NCBI GenBank assembly: GCA_004431415.1 | Contig: QPMI01000237.1 | Coordinates: forward strand, 1 to 64,000 | Length of the DNA: 64,000 bases | Direction of reading: 5' to 3' | Source: Cyanophora paradoxa CCMP329 | Lineage: Eukaryota > Plantae > Glaucophyta | In this document: positions 58,675 through 64,000 of the stretch, piece by piece | Layout of the letters: each line of letters opens with the position of its first letter | Position numbering within the stretch: position 1 is the first letter of the stretch | Translations under genes and position numbers: made by a program | Notes under the pieces: generated by a model | Database searches by the model: none | Told to the model about the DNA's origin: nothing | What the model saw: the letters and a program-made list of their open reading frames with translations, nothing else

Positions 58675-59845
58675 AGCCAGCGCTAGCGCTAGCACCGCCG
58701 CGGCGCCGGAACCCCTCGCCCCGACCTGCCCCCCTTCGATTCGAAGCTTCTGGCCTTTCGTCCCCCCGCCTCTCGCTTCCCCTCCGGCTCCGTCACTGTT
58801 AGTTTCCGGCCCAGTCAATGCAGTCTTGGGGACTCCGGCATATGCATGGCGCGGCTGCTCGTGATCAGCGCCAGCGCTAGCGCTAACGCTAGTACTAGTA
58901 TACTGCCAGCTACAGTGATGGGATGTCGACGTCGACCGATGCGCCGAATTCGAAAGCGGCCCGGGCCGGGTACCGGTACAGATCTAGATGCCCTGGAGCT
59001 CATCGTTACATGCGCACATAAGCGACATGTACGGCTTCAGCCTCAAGTCATTGAGGGGTACACCAACCGCAGCACTGGTTCTGCGAATTGATAACACAGC
59101 CTAGCCTGGCAGGCAGACTGCTATAGCCGCGCGTCCCCGTTGAGGCCGCGACTTCAACGGGGCGCGGTGCGTGCGCGCGCACCGCGGCCCCAGTTAACGT
59201 TTTTCCTGCCCCGCCGCGTTACATTTCTCGCAGGAACATCACGCTTCGGAAGGCCTCGGGTGCGGACGACGCCGACGGGAAAACCCCTCCGCTGGAGGTC
59301 GCGGCCGTCGACGTCCCGGCACGAGCTCGAGCCCCGGCCTTTTTGAATATGCATGCTATTGAAAACTGAAGAGTATTGGATCCGCACCACCTTTGTTTTC
59401 TGAGGCAATCGTTAGTCTACTTCAAGATCTCTAGGTTAGTGCCCAGCGAACCCAAAATATCCAGCTGCTCATATACTGGCTCGCCCCCTGAAAAAATGTT
59501 TCCGAAGCTATTGCTTTGCAACTGATTGCAAAACACTGTGCCCTAGATCAGGGGCTGGCACCGGTTTATACATAGCCGGGGGCGGGTGGCGAGTTCTTAC
59601 ATTTCAAATTATTTAAAAGTTGAACTCGATTTTTTTTTTTGGTGAATTACCGGCCACAGTCTCTAGACACCAGCACTGCGGGGGCTGCCCAGGGGGCATA
59701 GAGACAAAATAGCAAAATAACTAAGACAAGAGCACGAAGAAAGATAAGACAAAGAGCCAAAATCGACAATAAAAAAGGAAAGACACAGAGCTCGAGACAG
59801 ATCGATTGCGAGAAGAGACGATAAATCGAGCAGATCTAGGGACAG

Positions 59846-59912
59846 AGGATAACTGACACGAAGAAGAGCCAGAGCTAGAGGATAACTGACACGAAGAAGA
59901 GCCAGAGCTAGA
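59846..59912. repeat. 33-bp tandem duplication near the LINE 3' end
   Basis: AGGATAACTGACACGAAGAAGAGCCAGAGCTAG twice. Confidence 0.85.
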
Positions 59913-61625
59913 GATACCATCAATATCAGAAGGAATTACATCACTAAGAAGCGGGGGACAAAATTGAGAAAGATAAATAACAGGAAGAAGACAAGTAAGA
60001 GGAACAACAAGACGACATGGAGGCGGAGGCGAAGCAGGACGATGCGAAAGGGCAGAGCTACGGCACGAGGTCGAGGAGGACACAGGAGGCGGAGCAGGCG
60101 GATCAAGAGCAGGCAAAAGAACAGTCAAAGGAATCACTAAAGCCGGCCGGGGTCGAGGCGGGCAATCGAACTGCAAACGACGGCGAACAACAGGTCGAGC
60201 ACGAGGACTATAGCTAGTATTGAAACTAACTCTAGCATCAACACTACGATCAGAATCCGAACCAGACCGAACTAAACTAGAAGACGAAGAAGTACGCCGG
60301 CGCCGGCGGATACGATCGCGACCAGCGAAGCAGAAGACAAGGACAAAGGCGGTAGTCCGGTATCAAGAACAAAGGCCGGAGGGTCCGGCCCGGCAAACCG
60401 CCGGGGGAAGTAGAAGGAGCCGCAGGCTCGGCAAGCCGGCGACGGGTACGACCACGAGTCCGGAAGGAGATCGGGGAAGCCGGTCCCGGAGCTGAGGGCC
60501 CAGGAGCAGAGCCAGGAGAAGGTAAGCCCGGCGAGAAATCTGACCCGGAGCCGGAACCCAGCGAACGACGACGACGAAGAGGCCCCCGAGGAGCCACGAC
60601 GGGGGAGCTACCGAGCAAAGTACTGACAGCCGGCGCCGAACACGGCGGCGGAGGTACCCCGCAGACAGTGGCAGGCGGAGAGTCCAGGGTCGATCGAGAG
60701 ATCCGCCGACGGGAATGCGGCGGGGGCCGACGAGACGGAAGAGGCGAGGAGGGGCCGAGGAAGGGTCGGAGGCAGGGGAAGGGCCACGAGCAGGTGACGG
60801 GGATCGCTGCCGGCGCCGAAGAGAGGGCAGCAAAGCAGGAGAAAGGTCGGGTGGCGCCGGAGCAGATGACACGGAGGTCATGGCCATGGGCGGTGCAGAG
60901 AGAGACGAGCTCGAGGGCGCAAGGGCCCGACGAGGGCGCCGGCGGCGAATCTCACGAGCGCCAGGAAGCGGGATAGGACCCGCAGATGGGACCCGAGGCG
61001 CCGAAGGGGAGCAGGGAGCCGGAATGACGGGGAGATCGAAAAGAGGACAGTCTCGCCAACACTCGGAAGCGGGGCAGAGGCCGAGGACCCGGAGCTCGAG
61101 GGGGGGAGGGAGGGCGGAGGAGGAGAGAGGAGGCGGCTATTCGAAGGGTATGGAGAATCGAGAGCGGAGGCGAGGGAGGCCGAAGTGATGGCGAGCTCTG
61201 GAGGCGAGGGGGCCTGCAAGCGGATCCGGGAAAGTGGATGCAGACGCAAAGAGACCGGGGACGTAGAGGCGGGAGGGGCATGCAAAAAGATAGTGCCGCC
61301 CAGCGTCACAGTTGCAGAAGCGGGGGCAAGAAGGATGGGCTGAAGAGGGGGCTGAACCAGGAGGACGTCAGAAAGAGGGCCTCGCAGGGGCGGAAGTGGA
61401 GGAGCAAGGGGAAGAGGTAAGAAGGGGTATGGAGCTGCAAGATGACCAGGGACCTGCCGGGGAACAGGCAAGTGAAGAGGCCCCGTGACAGCAAGTTGTA
61501 AGGAGGGAGGAGGCAGAGGCGGGGCCAGAGGGCCAAGGAGCACAGGGATCGGGACCGCAGGGAATGGGGGAAAGGAGCGTCGAGAGGGGCAGCGAGAGCA
61601 GGAATAGGAATGGGCCCAAGGGTCA

Positions 61626-64000
61626 CTACAGGGGCCAGAGCAGGAGGGGACGGCGCAGGAGGCGGGCGACCACCAGGGATCCCAACGGGACATTCCCACG
61701 AACGGCAAACTCCGCAGGATTCCGGAGGACAGAATCGATGTCACGCGAAGAGACGAGGTTGTCAGCACCGCCCGAAGAAGGAGCGCCGGACGAGTCAGAA
61801 TCAGAGCTTGAACTAGAACGATGAGAACCGGTACCAGACTCTGAATCATGTGCGTCATCATCCGAGGCAGCCTGATCATCAGCGTCAGCAGCAGCCAAGC
61901 GAGCGCGCCGCTCCTCCAACAAGGCCGAAGCCTGCGAAAGGGTGAACTCGAGGTACGACATATTTCTGTCCCAGGCGGCAACAAGCGCGGCGCGGTTGTA
62001 AGAAGGCGCATCAATGTCAGCCTCCTCAAGATCGCACCGAGCGCGAGCAACCTGTTGGATGGAAAATACGCCAGCAAGGATCGCTCCAAGTGAGCGAAGG
62101 CAGAAGGCGGGGTTAACTTTACTGCGCAAAATGGGCCCAGATAAATCCGGAACCGAGAGGATGTGGAAGAGAGAGAGCTCAGGCACTGCGACCTCTTCAC
62201 GCTCATCCGGTGGAAGAGTAGAAGCCCAGAAATTCAGGCGCTCACGAATGAAATCCCAGAACGAACGAGAAAGCGGGCACTCAGAGAAAACGTGCGCGTG
62301 AGAGCGAGCAGATCCGTCATTACAAACCCGACAGAAACGACGGCGGGGCGACTGTTGCTCGCCCAAACGATACAATTTGAAATGCAAACGGTAAAGAGCA
62401 TCGATCCAAAGCATCGGGAAACACTGAAGGACGACAAGATTAGGAAGACGGGACGGAGACAAGGCGCCGGGAAACCCCCACTTAGCATCGGGCATCTGAG
62501 CGTGGCTAGACACATCGCGAAGCCGCTGGACCTCAAGGCAGTAGAAGCGACGAACAGAGGAGAGGCGGAGAGGGAGCATACGAGCGAAAGTGAACGCAAG
62601 ATTATCAAGAGAAAGAAAGGCCGAAGGGCCTGCGCCAAGAACAAAAAGGCCAGGCAGGGTCCCGCGACGAAGAGAGAGGAAGACAGCGCTGAAGCAAACA
62701 TGCAGCGGGAGCAAACGGGACAGAATTGAATTGGAGCTCGAGGATAGGCCCACAGGGTGGGAAGCCGCAGGGCGGCAAGGAACGCGCGGTATGTAGTCCA
62801 GCACCCGTGGAATTATCTGGTTATCGCGAACAGGGAAGGCAACAAAAGTACCACTTGGGCCTCGAAGGAGAGCAAACGAGGCGTCCGGTCCGGACCACCA
62901 GAGATGCTGAGGCGGCGATGCAGGGGCCTCGAGAACCTGGCGCCAAGTAGCCGGGAGCGCAGAACACAGACTAGGGAAAAAGGAGTGGAGGGCGGAGGAG
63001 GCAGCTGCTGGAGCCCGGAACCCCCGGGCAGCACAATCCCAGATATCGCAGACCCGCAGCAAGCCGGACCGTGCACAGCGACTCCAGTCGACCTCGTCGC
63101 CGGGAGTACTGAACAGAGGATTGAAGAAAAGAGGTTGGGATAACACTTCGGGAGAGTTACGAGGTTGACACACGCCCTGGCGCTGAGCCCACTCGGAGAG
63201 AGTCCGCTTCCAAATAGGAGGCAAGTCAAGTCTGTCAAGTGGGAGGCGGAGCGAGACAAGGGCGGGGCCATAGGAAAAAGGTGCCAGCTGAGCGTCCAGT
63301 TTGCTCAAGAGGTACTCCTTCCAAGGAGCTGAACAAGAGGGGTCAGCGAGCAAGGCCACCCACTTCATTTTCAGCGATAACGAAAAAGCTCGAATATCCG
63401 GGCAGTTGAGACCACCTTGACGCCACGGCAGAGGAGAAATATACTTCGAAAGCTGCCCGCTCACGCCAGCAAAAGCGCGAAGCTTCTCTTGCCATGTCGA
63501 ATACTGAGCATCAGGGGGGTCAAGCAAATATAGAGCATAATGTAGGGACCCAATAAATACAGCCCAGGCAAGGAGAACGCCGGATCGCATCGGCATGCGA
63601 TAAGTCTTCGCTTGCTGGACACGGATATCAAGAGCAGCGGTCTTTTTCCGCCAGAACCGAGACAGATCGGGCTCTAGTGGAAAGCCCAGGTATTTTCGAA
63701 TTTTTTCAGCGGGAGGGAGATCCGTCACCTGAAGACGCCGCCAGGGGCAGTCCTCGACGCTAGGCCAGGCATGTGCGGGGATATCGCGGAGTGGAAGAAG
63801 GCTAGATTTCTCGAGATTAATAAGAGCTCCAGAGAGCCGGCAGTATTTATCAAAGCACTCTTTCCAGAAAGGCAATTCGGTAAAAGACGAGATTAAAGGA
63901 ACCGTGTCGTCTGCAAACTGGAGCACCTTGCAAAGAGAGCTAGAGGACAAGCGGACACCTCGTATACGAGCATCAGCATTAATCAAAAGGGCTAAAAGGT
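61626..64000 (-). CDS. LINE ORF2, C-terminal part: reverse transcriptase and CCHC zinc finger (zf-RVT)
   Basis: LQFADDT (YADD box), SGALINLEKS, KYLG, LPWRQGGLNCPD, QPLFFNP, CRVCNDGSARSHAHVFSECPLSRSFW. Confidence 0.92.
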   Translation of the reverse strand, partial: LLALLINADARIRGVRLSSSSLCKVLQFADDTVPLISSFTELPFWKECFDKYCRLSGALINLEKSSLLPLRDIPAHAWPSVEDCPWRRLQVTDLPPAEKIRKYLGFPLEPDLSRFWRKKTAALDIRVQQAKTYRMPMRSGVLLAWAVFIGSLHYALYLLDPPDAQYSTWQEKLRAFAGVSGQLSKYISPLPWRQGGLNCPDIRAFSLSLKMKWVALLADPSCSAPWKEYLLSKLDAQLAPFSYGPALVSLRLPLDRLDLPPIWKRTLSEWAQRQGVCQPRNSPEVLSQPLFFNPLFSTPGDEVDWSRCARSGLLRVCDIWDCAARGFRAPAAASSALHSFFPSLCSALPATWRQVLEAPASPPQHLWWSGPDASFALLRGPSGTFVAFPVRDNQIIPRVLDYIPRVPCRPAASHPVGLSSSSNSILSRLLPLHVCFSAVFLSLRRGTLPGLFVLGAGPSAFLSLDNLAFTFARMLPLRLSSVRRFYCLEVQRLRDVSSHAQMPDAKWGFPGALSPSRLPNLVVLQCFPMLWIDALYRLHFKLYRLGEQQSPRRRFCRVCNDGSARSHAHVFSECPLSRSFWDFIRERLNFWASTLPPDEREEVAVPELSLFHILSVPDLSGPILRSKVNPAFCLRSLGAILAGVFSIQQVARARCDLEEADIDAPSYNRAALVAAWDRNMSYLEFTLSQASALLEERRARLAAADADDQAASDDDAHDSESGTGSHRSSSSSDSDSSGAPSSGGADNLVSSRDIDSVLRNPAEFAVRGNVPLGSLVVARLLRRPLLLWPL

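Larger units (their letters stand above)
59630..64000 (-). mobile_element. Non-LTR retrotransposon (L1/Tx1-like LINE), 3' portion; continues beyond the window
   Basis: Intron-free ORF2 with RT motifs, an A11 tail (T11 at 59630-59640 on the + strand), and a pyrimidine-rich sense strand unlike host genes. Confidence 0.88.

Noticed and set aside
58840-59030. Cloning-vector polylinker contamination
   Set aside because: The site order matches no vector I recognise, and similar palindrome clusters recur in other intergenic gaps. Not excluded without VecScreen.
59040-59625. Possible DNA-transposon end or ncRNA beside the LINE tail
   Set aside because: AT-richer non-coding sequence with no TIR pair, TSD or recognisable RNA motif in the window.
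1-64000. tRNA, rRNA or snRNA genes; prokaryotic operon or defence island
   Set aside because: No recognisable structural-RNA motifs by eye. The genes are intron-rich eukaryotic housekeeping and ciliary genes.

Overview
Very GC-rich, gene-dense eukaryotic nuclear DNA with many short (~50-100 bp) spliceosomal introns. The long ORFs in the supplied track are mostly GC-content artefacts, so I rebuilt the genes by hand-splicing. The host is a ciliated, plastid-bearing protist. A glaucophyte such as Cyanophora is my best guess, from a DUF1995 plastid protein with an N-terminal Phe transit peptide plus BBS7 and CFAP119; this is inference only. About 22 spliced genes or gene remnants alternate in orientation: MATH-BTB-BACK, two EF-hand proteins, CFAP119, Vps52, METTL24-like, CPL/Fcp1-like phosphatase, a RING-penta-EF-hand fusion, DUF1995, eIF2B-alpha, DTL/Cdt2, an LRR protein, a coiled-coil protein, two NACHT-like pieces, an MDR oxidoreductase, CDK11/CDKG, MEPCE/Bin3, SWSAP1-like and BBS7. 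Mobile DNA comprises a complete non-autonomous CACTA element (TIRs and 3-bp TSD), a solo CACTA end, and the 3' part of an L1/Tx1-type LINE. The most notable signals are: (1) a strand-symmetric C-rich/G-rich wave of roughly 200 bp through gene bodies that sets synonymous codon choice and intron composition; (2) a relaxed splice code with about half GC donors in some genes and no polypyrimidine tract; (3) an uncharacterised gene built from tandem exon+intron units; (4) a candidate PWWP-like chromatin-reader tail on the LINE ORF2; (5) intergenic mosaics of short palindromic words. All exon boundaries are manual and not checked against transcripts.
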